From the human T2T-CHM13v2.0 reference genome, Homo sapiens, in assembly GCF_009914755.1 (NCBI RefSeq), contig NC_060942.1: a DNA stretch of 64,000 nt. One strand, 5' to 3'. Below are positions 15,426-31,389 of this stretch, in pieces. Position numbers and translations under genes: made by a program. Numbering within the stretch: the first letter of the stretch is position 1; the number at the start of each line of letters is the position of its first letter. A model generated the notes under the pieces. That model worked only from the letters and a program-made list of their open reading frames with translations, ran no database searches and was not told the DNA's origin.

Positions 15426-16964
15426 GTGGGGCTTATAATATATGATATATAATATGTAATATATAAAACTACAACATGTGATAGCAGTAACACAAAACAC
15501 GAGAGGAATAATGGAATTCTAATGTCCTAGAGTTTTCCGGGAAGTAATAAAATTGCTAATTTATATTAAACTCTAGTATCAAATATACTTTTTATTCTTT
15601 AGTGTAACCACAAGATATCAGTAAAAGAATATAACTAGCAAGTCATTAGAGGGTAAAAAACTGAATTTAAAATATATTATTGTTTCAAAATAAGCAGAAA
15701 AAACATAAAGCAGATAACACAAACAGACAATAATATAAATACAAGTAGAACCTCATAAATATCAGGAAATAAAAATTCATAAATCATCAAATTAAAAGAC
15801 AAATTACAAGGTTAGATTTTCAAAATCTCCAAACTCCAGAATGCTTAAATGGGGAAACAGGATATAAGGAGAAAGAAAAGTTGAAAGTAAAAGGATAGAA
15901 AAAGACAAGAAATGTACCAAGCAGAAAGTAATTGCATATCTTTCTTTTACATCTGATGCTAACAGTTAAAATGTAATTAAATAAAAAATACCATTCAAAA
16001 TAGCAACTGAATTGTGATATACTTTGGAAAAAAAGGAATTTTATGGGCAAACTATAAAAATATTAATGAAACATAAAAATTTCTAAATAAATGGCACAAT
16101 ACACTATTTTTATGGACAAGAAGATTCACTATTGTAATGATAACAATTCCCCAAAAGAACCTACAAATTCAAAGGAATTTTAAACAAAACCCCAACAGGA
16201 TAATTCATGCAATTTGACAAGTTGTTTCAAAATTTAAATGGAAGCGTAAAGGGTCAAGAAGTATAAAAAGTATAAAACACTCTTGAAAAAGAATGAAGTG
16301 AGATACTTGCCCTACAATAGATTGAGGCTTTTTATAACACAGTGTGGTATAAATGCAGAAATAGACAAATGACCCAACTTTACAGAATAGAGTCTAAAAT
16401 TAGATCCATGCATAAATTAAAACCTATTATATTTCAGTGCTATCGTGGCAGATCATGGGAAAAGAAAGAAAAAAATGTAAAATGCTACTGGGCAATAGAT
16501 GATCCATATGGAAAAAGGAACTAAAATGAGAATCTCTAAACTAAATTGTACATGGAAACAAATTTCAAGTGAATTAAATTTTGTAAAAAGCAGGACTTAA
16601 AATACATAGAAAAAATAAGACTTTTATATAATTGGGGTTAGTAAAGTGTTGGTTTTTAAATTAAAACATATAAAGTGCATATTGTAAAGAAATAATCAAA
16701 TTTGTGTAATAATTTTAAAATTTTCAGTGATTTAAAGACAGTATTTTAAAGATTGAAGAACAAGACAAAAAGCTGGGAAGAGATATTTGCCCAATATTAA
16801 CCACAAAAAGGATTATTATTCATAATATATATCTTTAAGGCAATAAGAAGAAAGAACAAAATGCATAACAGGCATTTTACAGAAACATAAATGCCCCAAG
16901 ATAACAAGAAGACTTGTTTACCCTTATGTGTAATCAGGAAAAAGTTCAGAATGAGATGCCGTTT

Positions 16965-17272
16965 AATTTTTATTTTATTTAATTTTATTTTATTTAATTA
17001 ATTTATTTATTTTTGAGCCCACGCCTTGCTCTGTCTCCCAGGCTCACTGCCACCTCCACCTCCCAGGTTCAAGCGATTCTCGTGCCTCAGCCTCCCGAGT
17101 AGTCGGGATTACAGGCATGTGCCACCACGCCTGGCTAATTTTTGTATTTTTAGTAGAGATGGGGTTTCATCATGTTGACCAGGCCAGTCCCCAACTACTG
17201 GCCTCAAGTGATCCACTTGCCTGGACCTCCCAAAGTGCTGGGATTACAGGCATGAACCACTGCACCCAGCCC
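16965..17272 (-). mobile_element. Alu (AluJ/S) with small internal deletion
   Basis: Lacks the 'ggagtgcagtggcgcgatctc' segment (junction ccca|ggctcactg). TSD tgagatgccgttt (16952) / tgagacaccattt (17273). Confidence 0.9.
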
Positions 17273-18031
17273 TGAGACACCATTTTAAATCCACATACGT
17301 AAATATAAAAAAAAATTTAAGTCTTATAAACCAGTTGCTGCATGACTGTATTGCAAAGAAGACTTATGTACTGTTGCAAACTCATAGAACCACTTGGAAG
17401 ACTACTAATTCAGGTTGAAGATGCATATTCTACAGAATCCAGCAATTCAAGTTTCTGATATGCATACACTAGAATAAAGCCTTGCACACCTTGTATGCCT
17501 AAGGGCATATAAGGTCCATGGCAACATTGTTTAAAATAACAGGAAATTGGAACTTACCCAAATGTCCCTTATCATTAGAAAGGTCACCCGCAAAAAAACA
17601 GGATAGTATAGTCCTATAATAAAATACTATATACCAGTGAATAAGAACATTGATGAGCAACACCAGCAGAATATTAAGAGGGAAAATGTCAAACAAAACT
17701 GTGCATGTAGTATTATTATTTATATAAAATATAAAATTTCTATGTGGTTTAGGACAAGTTAAATATATAGAAAAACTATAAATACAATCATCAAGGGAAT
17801 GAGAACCAAAAATTCCAGGTAGCAATTACTTCTGAATGGAGGGAGGGATACTCAAATGATGAAAAGATATACAGCAGGCTTCAATGGTAGAGTTAATGTT
17901 TTGCTTCTCAACCTAGGCGTTGGCACTAGGAAATGTGCATTCTATTTTTCTGCATGCTTTCCATATTTGCCATATGCCTTCTAGTGTACATATAAAATAT
18001 TTCATAATGAATTTATAAAACAAGGTAAATC

Positions 18032-18413
<382 letters not shown>

Positions 18414-18527
18414 TCACAGTATAAAATGTTTTAAAAATTCAAAATTTTACAAAATTAACGTACATAAGCAATTATGGTACGCAAGTAATTCTTCCAGAGC
18501 CAAACTATATAGATCAAAGATGGGTGA

Positions 18528-19118
18528 TTGTTGTGAACACTGTATGTTGCCCATACAATATCATTTTCTCCCTGCCTCATTCCTAATAAACCTTGACTTT
18601 TTCTTGTCTGCATTTAATATCCAGATACAGAGAGGAATTCTGCATAAACCTCAGCAACAGTTATTTGAATAGGAAGACATAGGTGACCTGAGTTGGACAA
18701 ATTAATTTTACTCAATCAGTCTGAAGTTTAGTTAATTTAAAAAAAAAACATTCAAAATAACTTAATTGCAATATATTTTGGAAAAAATGTAATTTTATGG
18801 GCAAATTATAAAAATACTATTTTGGACTTATATTCGTTGCTTGGAAAGAAGTTTCTTCCCTTTCTGCTGCACATAAGCAAGGATTCACATAACACCGACT
18901 GCCACTGATGGCCATCTTGTGGCCGGGGGGTAGCCAGGCATGGGTCGAAGACAGTTTAGAAAGTCTCAATGGAAAGAAAAGGATCTGGGTCCCTAAAGAC
19001 AACACTGAGATGGCCCTATCTCTAGATTTCCACATATTCAAGTTAGTAACCTTGTGGTTTAAAGGCAACTTGAATGAAAGTTTCTGCATTTGCAAATGAA
19101 ATCAGCTTGATTAGTATA
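18528..19118 (+). mobile_element. Ancient MLT1 (K/L-like) LTR, carrying a short foreign insert
   Basis: 'gatggccatcttgtg' and terminal 'ttttctgcatttgcaaatgaaa...gattagtata' resemble old MLT1 LTRs. Confidence 0.5.
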
Positions 19119-19579
19119 AGAACACCATGAAAAATGTGGGGCTTGAGACAGAGATTGAAAACAAGTAGGTCTAGATGGACAAGGACTAATGGGTAGGGCA
19201 TCAGTTGAACAAAACTTGTTTTTAAATGTAATTGATATTTTGTTGCGTTGATCCTAGATAGTAAGCTTGCCTGTACTCCATGTTAGTTACCCCTCCCCAG
19301 GAGGGGGCCCCATTTGATCAATGTGGTTAATGTGAACTGTGAGCATCCTTTCTCTTCCTCTGAGGATAGTACACACTTTGTGGCGGTGGAAGGAAGGATG
19401 AGGTAAAGCTGATTTCTTCCTTTCCCCATACCTGTTCATCCTGATTCATTTCCTGTGATGTCCATGCTTGAAAATTATTCTGAAAACTCAGGTAACTCAA
19501 TATGCAAATAAGAAAATGGTCAACTTTAATCTTATGTCTTTCTAAAGTAGAAATGGAACTCTGACATTGAGAGGGAGTC

Positions 19580-19765
19580 TTACGTAGTAGTCACATAAGC
19601 CTAGGTTTGAATTTTAGCTCGACAACTTATTAGACGTCTCATGTGAATTGGTTGCATGATCTAAGTCTCCATTTGTAAGATGGGGATAAATACACTGTGA
19701 TGAGATTCGAGACTGAAGTGATTCAGCTTATGTAAAGTACCTACAAATGGGAACCACCATAAATG
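19580..19765 (+). mobile_element. MIR SINE
   Basis: 'cctaggtttgaattttagctc...catttgtaagatggggataa...tatgtaaagtacct'. Confidence 0.65.
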
Positions 19766-20179
19766 CCAGCCCTTTTTCTTCCCCTCTAGTTATGAAGCAT
19801 TTCCCTGGCACATCTGCTGTGTTACACTATCATTTATAAAGACAATATCATTAATTTGAAGAAGGTGAACATCATATTGCCCACGTAAGAAGTACTTACA
19901 TTACCCATTAGCACATAAAATTATCACTGAAATGATTATATGTAATATATATGAGCTAAATGAACAATCACGTTTGCATTACTAAAGTTATACAAATATC
20001 TCAAAGACTCTAATAAAGTACAGAAATTATTTTTTTTACTTCAGAAATTAAATTTTAAACATTTCTTTCAACTGAAATTTGAATGACTCGGATCATTTAA
20101 ATAGAACTCAAATAGAACATTTTGGTAGAAAACTAAAATTCACAAATCCTCATGATGAGCTTTGAAATACAACTTTCCT

Positions 20180-22167
<1,988 letters not shown>

Positions 22168-22330
22168 GAAATATAACTTTCCTCGCCATTCACAAAATAA
22201 GAATTTTTTTCTTTTGTCTTCAACATATCTACTGTGATGATTACTTTTATGTGTCAGCTTGGCCAGGGCTATGGAGACAGGGTGTGTGATCTAACATTTG
22301 TCTAGATGTTGCTGTTAAGGTTCTACTTTA

Positions 22331-25300
22331 CTTATTTTTTTATTTTTTTATTATACTTTAAGTTCTAGGATATATGCGCACAACGTGCAGGTTTGTTACA
22401 TAGGTATACATGTTCCATGTTGGTTTGTTCCACCCATCAACTCATCATTTACATTAGGTATCTCTCCTAATTCTATCCCTCCCCCACCCCCCCACCCCTT
22501 GACTGGCCCCCGTGTATGATGTTCCCTGCCCTGTGTCCATGTGTTCTTATTGTTCAACTCCTACCTATGAGTGAGAACATGCCGTGTTTGGTTTTCTATC
22601 CTTCTGATAGTTTGCTTAGAATGATGGTTTCCAGCTTCATCCATGTCCCTGCCAAGGACATGAACTCATCCTTTTTTATGGCTGCATAGTATTCTATGGT
22701 GTACATGTGCTACATTTTTTTAATCCAGTCTATCATTGTTGGACACGTGGGTTGGTTCCAAGTCTTTGCTATTGTGAATAGTGCCGCAATAAACATATGT
22801 GTGCCTGTGTCTTTATCGTAGAATGATTTATAATCCTTTGGGTATATGCCCAGTAATGGGATTGCTGGGTCAAATGGTATTTCTAGTTCTAGATCCTTGA
22901 GGAATCGCCACACTGTCTTCCACAATGGTTGAACTAATTTATACTCCCACTAACAGTGTAAAAGCGTTCCTATTTCCCCACATCCTCTCCAGCATCTGTT
23001 GTTTCCTGACTTTTTAATGATCGCCATTCTGAGTGGCATGATATGATATCTCATTGTGGTTTTGATTTGCCTTTCTCTAACGATCAGTGATGATGAGCTT
23101 TTTTTCAGGGATGAAGCTGACTTGATCATGGTGGATAAGCTTTTTGATGTGCTGCTGGGTTCGGTTTGCCAGTATTTTATTGTGGATTTTCGCATTGATA
23201 TTCGCAGGGATATTGGTCTAAAATTCTCTTTTTTTCTTCTGTCTCTGCCAGGCTTTGGTATCAGGATGAAGCTGGCTTCATAAAATGAGTTAGGGAGGAC
23301 TCCCTCTTTTATCTATTGATTGAAGTAGCTTCAGAAGGAATGGTACCATATCCTCTTTATACCTCTTGTAGAATTCGGCTGTGAATCTGTCTGGTCCTGG
23401 ACTTTTTTTGGTTGGTAGGCTATTAATTATTGCTTCAATTTCAGAATCTGTTATTTGTCTATTCAGAGATTCAACTTCTTCCTGGTTAAGTCTTGGTAGG
23501 GTGTATGTGTCCAGGAATTTATCCGTTTCTTCTAGATTTTCTAGTTTATTTGCCTAGAGGTGTTTATATTATTCTCTGATGGTAGTTTGTATTTCTGTGG
23601 GATCGGTGGTGATATCCCCTTTATTGTTTTTTATTGCATCTATTTGATTCTTCTCTCTTTTCTTCTTTATTAGTCTTGCCAGTGGTCTATCAATTTTGCT
23701 GATCTTTTCAAAACAGCAGCTCCTGGATTCACTGATTTTTTGAGGGGTTTTTTTTGTATCCCTATCTCCTTCAGTTCTGCTCTGATCTTAGTTATTTCTT
23801 GCCTTCTGCTAGGTTTTCAATGTGTTTGCTCTTGCTTCTCTAGTTCTTTTAATTGGGATGTTAGGGTGTCGATTTTAGATCTTTCCTGCTTTCTCTTGTG
23901 GGCATTTAGTTTCCCTCTACACACTGCTTTAAATGTGTCCCAGAGATTCTGGTGTATTGTGTCTTTGTTTTCATTGGTTTCAAAGAACATCTTTATTTCT
24001 GCCTTCCTTATTAACCCAGTAGTCATTCAGGAGCAGGTTGTTCAGTTTCCATGTAGTTGTGCAGTTCTGAGTGAGTTTCTTAATCCTGAGACCTAATTTG
24101 ATTGTACTGTGGTCTAAGAGACAGTTTGTTGTGATTTCTGTTATTTTACATTAGCTGAGGAGTGTTTTACTACCAATTATGTGATCAGTTTTAGAATTAG
24201 TGTGATATGGTGCTAAGAAGAATGTGTATTCTGTTGATTTAGGGTGGAGAGTTTTGTAGATGTCTATTAGGTCTGCTTGGTCCAGAGCTGAGTTCAAGTC
24301 CTGGATATCCTTGTTAACTTTCTGTCTTACTGAACTAATATTGACAGTGGGCTGTTAAAGTCTCCCATTATTATTGTGCGGGAGTCTAAGTCTCTTTCTT
24401 GGTCTCTAAGGACTTGCTTTATGAATCTGGGTGCTCCTGTATTGGGTGCATATATATTTAGGATAGTTAGCTCTTCTTGTTGAATTGATCCCTTTACCAT
24501 TATGTAATGGCCTTCTTTGTCTCTTTTGATCTTTGTTGGTTTAAAGTCTGTTTTATCAGAGACTAGGATTGTAACCCCTGCCTTTTTTTCGCTTTCCATT
24601 TGCTTGGTAGATCTTCCTCCATCCCTCTATTTTGAGGTTGTGTGGGTCTTTGCACCATGAGAGGGGTCTCCTGAATAGAGCACACTGATGGGTCTTGACT
24701 CTTTATCCAATTTGCCAGCCTCTGTCTTTTAATTGAGGCATTTAGCCCATTTAAATTTAAGGCTAATATTGTTATGATTGAATTTGATCCTGTTATTATG
24801 ATGCTAGCTGGTTATTTTGCCCGTTAATTGATGCAGTTTCTTCATAGCGTCGATGGTCTTTACCATTTGGCATGTTTTTGCAGTGGTTGGTACTGGTTGT
24901 TCCTTTCCGTATTTAGTGCTTCCTTCAGGAGCTCTTATAAGGCAGACCTGGTGGTGACAAAATCTCTCAGCATTTGCTTGTCTGTAAGAGATTTTATTTC
25001 TCCTTCACTTATGAAGCTTAGTTTGTCTGGATATGAGATTCTGGGTTGAAAATTCTTTTCTTTAAAAATGTTGAATATTGGCCCCCCACTCTCTTCTGGC
25101 TTGTGCGGTTTCTGCCAAGAGATCCACTGTTAGTCTGATGGGGTTCCCTTTGTGGGTAATTCGACCTTTCTCTCTGTCTGCCCTTAACATTTTTTCCTTC
25201 ATTTCAACCTTGGTGAATCTGAAAATTATGTGTTGTGGGGTTGCTCTTCTCAAGGAGTATCTTTGTTCTACATATTTACTGAATTTGAATGTTGGCCTGC

Positions 25301-26910
25301 CTTGCTAGGTTAGAGAAGTTCTCCTGGATAATATCCTGAAGAGTGTTTTCTAACTTGGTTCCATTCTCCCCGTCACTTTCCAGTATTCCAATCAAATGTA
25401 GATTTGGTCTTTTCACATAGTCCCATATTTCTTGGAGGCTTTGTTTATTTCTTTTTGCTCTTTTTTCTCTAATCTTGTCTTCTTGCTTTATTTCATTAAT
25501 TTGATCTTCAATCACTGATATCCTTTCTTCCACTTGATCAGATTGGCTACTGAAGCTCGTGTATGCGTCACGAAGTTCTCGTGCCAGGGTTTTCAGCTCA
25601 GTCAGTTCATTGAAGGTCTTCTCTACACTGTTTATTCTAGTTAGCCATCCATCTTACCTTTTTTTAAGGTTTTTATCTTCCTTGCTATGGATTAGGACAT
25701 GTTCCTTTAGCTTAGAGAAGTTTGTTATTACCGACCTTCTGAAGCCTACTTCTGTCAACTCATCAAATTCATTCTCTGTCTAGTTTTGTTCTCTTGCTGG
25801 TGAGGAGTTGCAATCCTTTGGAGGAGAAGAAGTCCTCTGTTTTTTGGAATTTTCAGCTTTTCCGCTCTGGTTTCTCCCCATCGCTGTAGTTTTATCTACC
25901 TTTGGTCTTTGCTGTTGGTGACCTACAGATGGGGTTTTGGTGTGGATGCCCTTTTGTTGATGTTGATGCTTTTCCTTTCTGTTTGTTTGTTTTCCTTCTT
26001 ACAGTCAGACCCCTTAGCTGCAGGTCTGTTGGAATTTGCTGGAGGTCCATTCCAGATGCTGTTTACCTGGGTATCACCAGCGGAGCCTGCAGTACAGCAA
26101 ATATGGCTGCCTGATCCTTCCTCTGGAAGCTTTGTCCCAGAGGGGCACCTGCCTGTTTGAAGTGTCTGTTGGCCCCTACTGGGAGATGTTTCCCAGTCAG
26201 GCTACAGGGGGGTCAGGGACCCACTTGAGGAGGCAGTCTGTCCGTTCTTGGAGCTTGAACGCCATGCTGAGAGAACCACTGCTCTCTTAAGAGCTGTCAG
26301 ACAGGAACGTTTAAGTCTGCAGAAGCGGTCGGCTGCCTTTTGTTCTACTATGCCCTGCCCGCAGAGGTGGAATCCATAGAGGCAGCAGGCCTTGCTGAGT
26401 TTCAGTGGGCTCTGCCCAGTTCGTGTTTCTGGGCCTCTTTGCTTACACTGTGAGCTACTCAAACCTCAGCAATGGTGGGCTCTCCTCCCCCATTCCAGCT
26501 GCAGCATTGCATGTCGATCTCAGACTGCTGCACTAGCAGTGAGCAAGGCTCCATGGGTGTGGGACCTGCCAAGCCAGGCATGGGAGGGTATCTCCTAGTC
26601 TGCCAGTTGCTAAGACTCTGGGAATAGCACAGTATTTGGTCAGGAGTGTACTGTTTCTCCAGGTACAGCCTGTCACGGCTTCCCTTGGCTAGGAAAGGGA
26701 AATCCCCTGACCCCTTGTGCTTCCCAGATGAGGCGACACCCCACCCCCCTTGGCTCTCCCTCCATGGACTGCACCCACTGTCCAACCAGTCCCAATGAGA
26801 TGAACCAGGTACCTCAGTTGGAAATGCAGAAATCACCCGTCTTCTCTGCCAATCTCCCCAGGAGCTGCAGACTGGAGCTATTCCTATTCGGCCATCTTAG
26901 AAGCAACCTC
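22331..26910 (-). mobile_element. L1PA (PA6/7-like) with 5' end present and a large ORF2 deletion
   Basis: 5'UTR ends 'gccatcttag' (YY1 region). ORF1 and EN fragments are on the minus strand. Perfect TSD aaggttctacttta at 22317-22330 and 26911-26924. Confidence 0.95.
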
Positions 26911-26962
26911 AAGGTTCTACTTTAAATGTGATTAATATTTAAATCAGTAGACTTTGGGTATA

Positions 26963-27043
26963 TTACGCTCCCTGAAGTGGGTGGGCTTCTTATGCTCCCT
27001 GAAGTGGGTGGGCTTCTTATGCTCCCTGAAGTGGGTGGACTTC
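26963..27043. repeat. 27-bp tandem repeat x3 inside the MLT2 LTR
   Basis: tta(c/t)gctccctgaagtgggtgg(g/a)cttc at 26963, 26990 and 27017. Confidence 0.95.
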
Positions 27044-28254
27044 ATTCATTCAGCTGGAGGCCTTAAGAGCAAACACTGAGATTTCTTGAAGAAGGAATTC
27101 TGCCTCAAAACTGCAACATGGAAATCCCACCTGAGTGCTCAGCCTGCAGATTATGAACTCAAGACTGAAACATAAACTGTTGTCTGAATTCAGACTTGTG
27201 AGCCTCTCCATTCTCTTTCTCTATCTCTTGTTAGTTCTGTTTCTCTGGAGAATCTCAGTCATCTACTGATTTCACAATGAGAAAAAAAATCTTAAAAGTT
27301 AAAGCTGAACTTTCAAGTAAAAGCAACCCACATTCATCCCTTACTTAATTCATTATTTATAATAGTGGTCTAGCATGTGATACTATTTATGAATTTCTAA
27401 TTATTGCTTATAAACTACTTTTACCCCTAAACAAGCTCAGATGATCCTTCAAGAATTAGTCATACTCTGTACTTCTGTAGGAAACCCTGTTCTCCTGATC
27501 CCCATCATACCTAGAATTTGCCAGTGGAGATGTCCCCAAACAAGTTTTGACAGATTAAATACTAAGTGAATGCGTGCTTTATAAAGCACTTTAAGAAATA
27601 TAAGACAAGGGAATTTTGTCCCAGAGCCATTATCATAGTTCTGCTTGCACAGATGTGTAAAGTTAAAAGACAACAGGGGAAAGCACTTAGTTTTCATAAA
27701 TATCTTAATTCTGAATTATGTTTCCTGAACTAGCTCATTTTCTAGTTGATGAAGCCTGCTTATAGGAAGTAAATCCAATTTATTGAATGGAATTTTCTAT
27801 TGCATAACCTGATAAGCTATGGTTGCAATATAGAAAAGCCTCATGGAGGCCTAAAATGTATTAACAATTTACAGTAAACAGAAAGGCTTCTACAGGATTG
27901 AGAGTTCTTGGATACTTTTCCATGAACCTGAAATTGATTTCACCTGTAGCACACACAATACATTTCTGTGAGGTCACCATTTATTTCTCGTTTTGTTATA
28001 GCCAGAGCACATCTACAAGCAGTGTTTGTAGAGGACTAAATTCACAGTGATACTCTAACATGGATATCATGACGTTTTGTCTTGATGAGGGCATTTTCAA
28101 ATAGGTGGGAGGAAAAAAATTTAAAAAATAAGCCAACTTGTTTTTGTTACCATAGATATTTTCTAATATAGCTTTTTGGTTGCCTAATGTTTATCACTAT
28201 GGCTCCTTAACTTGGTGTGTGCAATGAACTTGATATCTGTGAGAAAGAAAAGGA

Positions 28255-28440
28255 AAATCTGTTTAATTGTCTCAGCTCTTCCTGTACTTAGCTGTATGAC
28301 TTTGGGAAGATAATTTGACATTTCTATGTGTGTGCTTTTTTTTTAATGGCAAGATAAAACTAGACCTTCAATACATTATTTACCGAATTAGTATAAGAAT
28401 ATAATATTAGAATATAGGGAGATAACGTGAGCATTTTTTA
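28255..28440 (+). mobile_element. MIR fragment
   Basis: 'tcagctcttcctgtacttagctgtatgactttgggaag' resembles the MIR core. Confidence 0.55.
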
Positions 28441-28937
28441 TAAAACATTAATTAATGAATATAAATGATTATTACCCAGGTTTTCCAACATCCTAACTTG
28501 ATTTGTGTAATTTTTAGAAATATTAAAGGAATGACTTTTGACGGATGTTTCTTGAATAGGAGTGTTTCAAACTTGATTAATGTGCTGAGGGTTGATTTAT
28601 GTTTTAAAAGCCTGTGAGCAGGTCGAAAATGAAGAGTCAATTAAAGCTAATCCGGTCTCCTCCTACTCAACCTGTCCAGTGTCTATGAAATCGAGCCTAA
28701 ACACTACTTCCTGGGGATTAATTCCTCCATTAATCATCATCAGTGATTATTTATGGGCCCCACATACCACAGTGGTGCCACAGCTGGTATCCTTAGGGTG
28801 GTTTGTTAATCTATAAGACATTTGGCATAGGCAGGTGGTTGTTTTTGATAAAGTCTTCATTTAAAAAAAAAGCAGGGTTATGAATGTGGGTTGTTAAATC
28901 TATGTTTTTGTGATCACCAGATGCTTGTTTTTCAAAG

Positions 28938-29115
28938 GCAGTTCTCAAAGTGTCCTAGAGGTGTTCCTGCTGACTGTAGAGTCCATGAGAGATCACAGAC
29001 TCGTGAAGGGAGTTATTAGTATGCAAACTTCATGGATCTGTGTGTCTGGATACATTTCTAGGCAAAAGATTTACAGCTGCTATCACACTCTCTAGGAAGC
29101 CAGTGACCTGTGTAA
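28938..29115. mobile_element. Possible hAT-Charlie DNA transposon fossil
   Basis: Start 'cagttctcaaagtgt' and internal 'tacagctgctatcacactctc...gtgacc' resemble Charlie-type MERs. Weak. Confidence 0.3.
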
Positions 29116-29209
29116 TGAAAGTAGCTCTATAATAACACACCCTCATGCTACAGAGAGTGTTTTGAGGACCTGCTGTGTATGATGTGGGAGAATATTCGCC
29201 ATAATAGAC

Positions 29210-29673
29210 TGAGAAAGAAAAGAAATTTGTTATCTGATGAATATGAGTCCCCTTTAAATTATCAGGTCCAGAGAGGCATTGAAATGTGACATTAGTCGTG
29301 TCTTACTTCTCCTTTAAGCTAAGTAATCACCTCTTGAAGCTATTTGCTACATGAACTCTACACTAACTGATGTCAAGTAGCTGTAAATTAACTTAACAAT
29401 GCCATACACTGGATGTCATATCTCATACCTCACAGTTTAATAATGTATAGCCAATCACTAATTAATGTTACTTCTGTAAACCAATGAGAATTCCTGAAAA
29501 GCAACTTCTGTAATCAACCCTTCTCCTGATTTGTCCTTTTTTCTCTGAAAACAAGCCTCTCCTTTGTTCTCCAGAGTATTTCCCAGTGTTTTTTGAGCTG
29601 CAGTCTTCAACCTTGGCCCAAATAAACTCTCTACTGATACTAATTTGCCTCCGTTTCTTTCTTCAGGTCGTCG
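29210..29673 (+). mobile_element. ERV solo LTR (LTR47-like)
   Basis: tgagaaag start, CCAAT boxes 'tatagccaatcact' and 'taaaccaatgagaattcctg', 'ggcccaaataaactctc' polyA signal. Confidence 0.7.
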
Positions 29674-31389
29674 AGATGTTCTGAATGTCAAGGTAAATAT
29701 CAGAAGCTCCTTTCACTGACTTTTCTGTTTTCTCAGCAGAGACTCAGTTTTTATTTTAAAATTTTCATTTACTACTTTCTTTATTACTTTAAGTGTTTGA
29801 CAACATTTTAAAAAATCTAAAATATCTTATATGTAGAGACTATAAAATGTTTAGCTGAGTGATTCATGTCAAACACATAGTCACTTCCAGATACATTATC
29901 GTTATTTAAAAAGTAATTTAAAATTGCCTTTCTGAATAGATTATCAACTCTCTAGTCAGGATCATTGTCTAAACTTTGGGATGTTTTTCTAAAACACTAT
30001 GTGAAACTACATTTTATACAGTATATATCAGTAAATATTTTATAATTTTTACTGATTATGCCATAATCCTAGATAACACTGTCCATTTAAAAGATTAACC
30101 TTCACACTATTTTGTGTTTTGGTCTTTATTTCAAAGTCCTAACAGATAAATCTTTAATGCTTAATAGGTGGGCATTGCACTAGAACTAGTATAATGATAA
30201 AATATTTTGTTTCAACTTATTTGACCAAATTGAGTCATTTAACTTCTACCTTTCTATGTTGATGAAACCAATGATTATAAGTTAATTTGGTCTTGGTGCT
30301 TGAAGACCAAAAATGTTTTTTAAATGTCACATTAATGATTCTGTGTAAGTCAAAGTTTCTGCCTGTTTCAGTGTGATTATTCTCTTAGCAGTCATTACTA
30401 ATAGATGCTATTTCTGTGTGTGAAAATCTCAGTATAGCCCATTTAATCTTTGTGAAATTTAAGAACATTTTAAAAGTAGTTTTGAGAAGCTAGAAGATAA
30501 GGGTTGGGGCATTTAATCTGGTCTACATTGTAAGACTTTAGGATTTATTTCAATTGCAATTACATAAATGGTGTTTTGCAGCATTCAGAGCAATTCTGAA
30601 TTCAGAAGGCTCTTTATCAAGATAGGGGTTGGGTTCGGGGCCCATAGCTGCCATGCGCTGTACAGAGTCCTGACATCATGACCCATTTGAGTGTTGCAGA
30701 TCAAAATGAAACAGCATTTCTTCCAGAAGCTCACACTACAGCTATAAAGTTATGAAAATATTCTGAGGGCAAGTGATGAGTACTGAAAAAAAGAATTGCT
30801 GATTTAGAATTTAGATAAGCTATAGGTAATACTCAAGATTAAGAGCAGAGATTTAAAATCAGTACATACTTCTTGCACTTTCTTTGGTTCTCCAAGTAAA
30901 AAACTTTTACAGTTTTATTTTATCTGTTTTATTAGGATTGAACAGTTGGATGGTCACTTACATTTGGTTTTATCTTTAAAATTTTATAGTAATAAATCTG
31001 GAATCCTTCACATTTGCATTGCTTGACATGGATTAATGATGTAAATTAGGTATTTATCCAAACATTGAGATTAGACATAGAAGAAGATATTCATAGAGGT
31101 AGACCAACATCTTTCGGGCTATAATTCTGAGAAGAAATGCCTCAGGTATTTCATAATGATAATTCTGAGTGCTTTTCCAAATCCCAAAGAAGGTGATGTA
31201 CTTGCACAAAGTCCAAAAGAAACTCTCTGTGTGTGTGTATGTATTTGAGTTCTCTAGGAAAAACAGTTTTTAACTAGGAGACTTCATAGTTCCACTTGTC
31301 TCACTTTCTTGTATCTTCAGAAAGTATCTCTAATACTTATCAAGAGATGTTTGCTGCTATGATGGTAGGGGAGGCAGGTTAAAATTGGA

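Larger units (their letters stand above)
14276..18030 (+). mobile_element. Old L1M (L1ME-like) ORF1-ORF2-3' remnants with internal deletions
   Basis: Decayed ORF1 at 14320-14760 and ORF2 at 15950-17650. Interrupted by an LTR and an Alu. Confidence 0.6.
22233..27261 (+). mobile_element. MLT2 (HERV-L) solo LTR split by an L1 insertion (pieces 22233-22330 and 26911-27261)
   Basis: 'tgtgatgattacttttatgtgtcagcttg' start and 'gttctgtttctctggagaa' end. TSD tctac at 22228-22232 and 27262-27266. Confidence 0.88.

Noticed and set aside
30570-30830. Candidate exon after 'ttttgcag' and a C/D-box-like 'tgatga...ctga'
   Set aside because: All three plus frames hit stops, and there is no convincing terminal stem or box spacing for a snoRNA.
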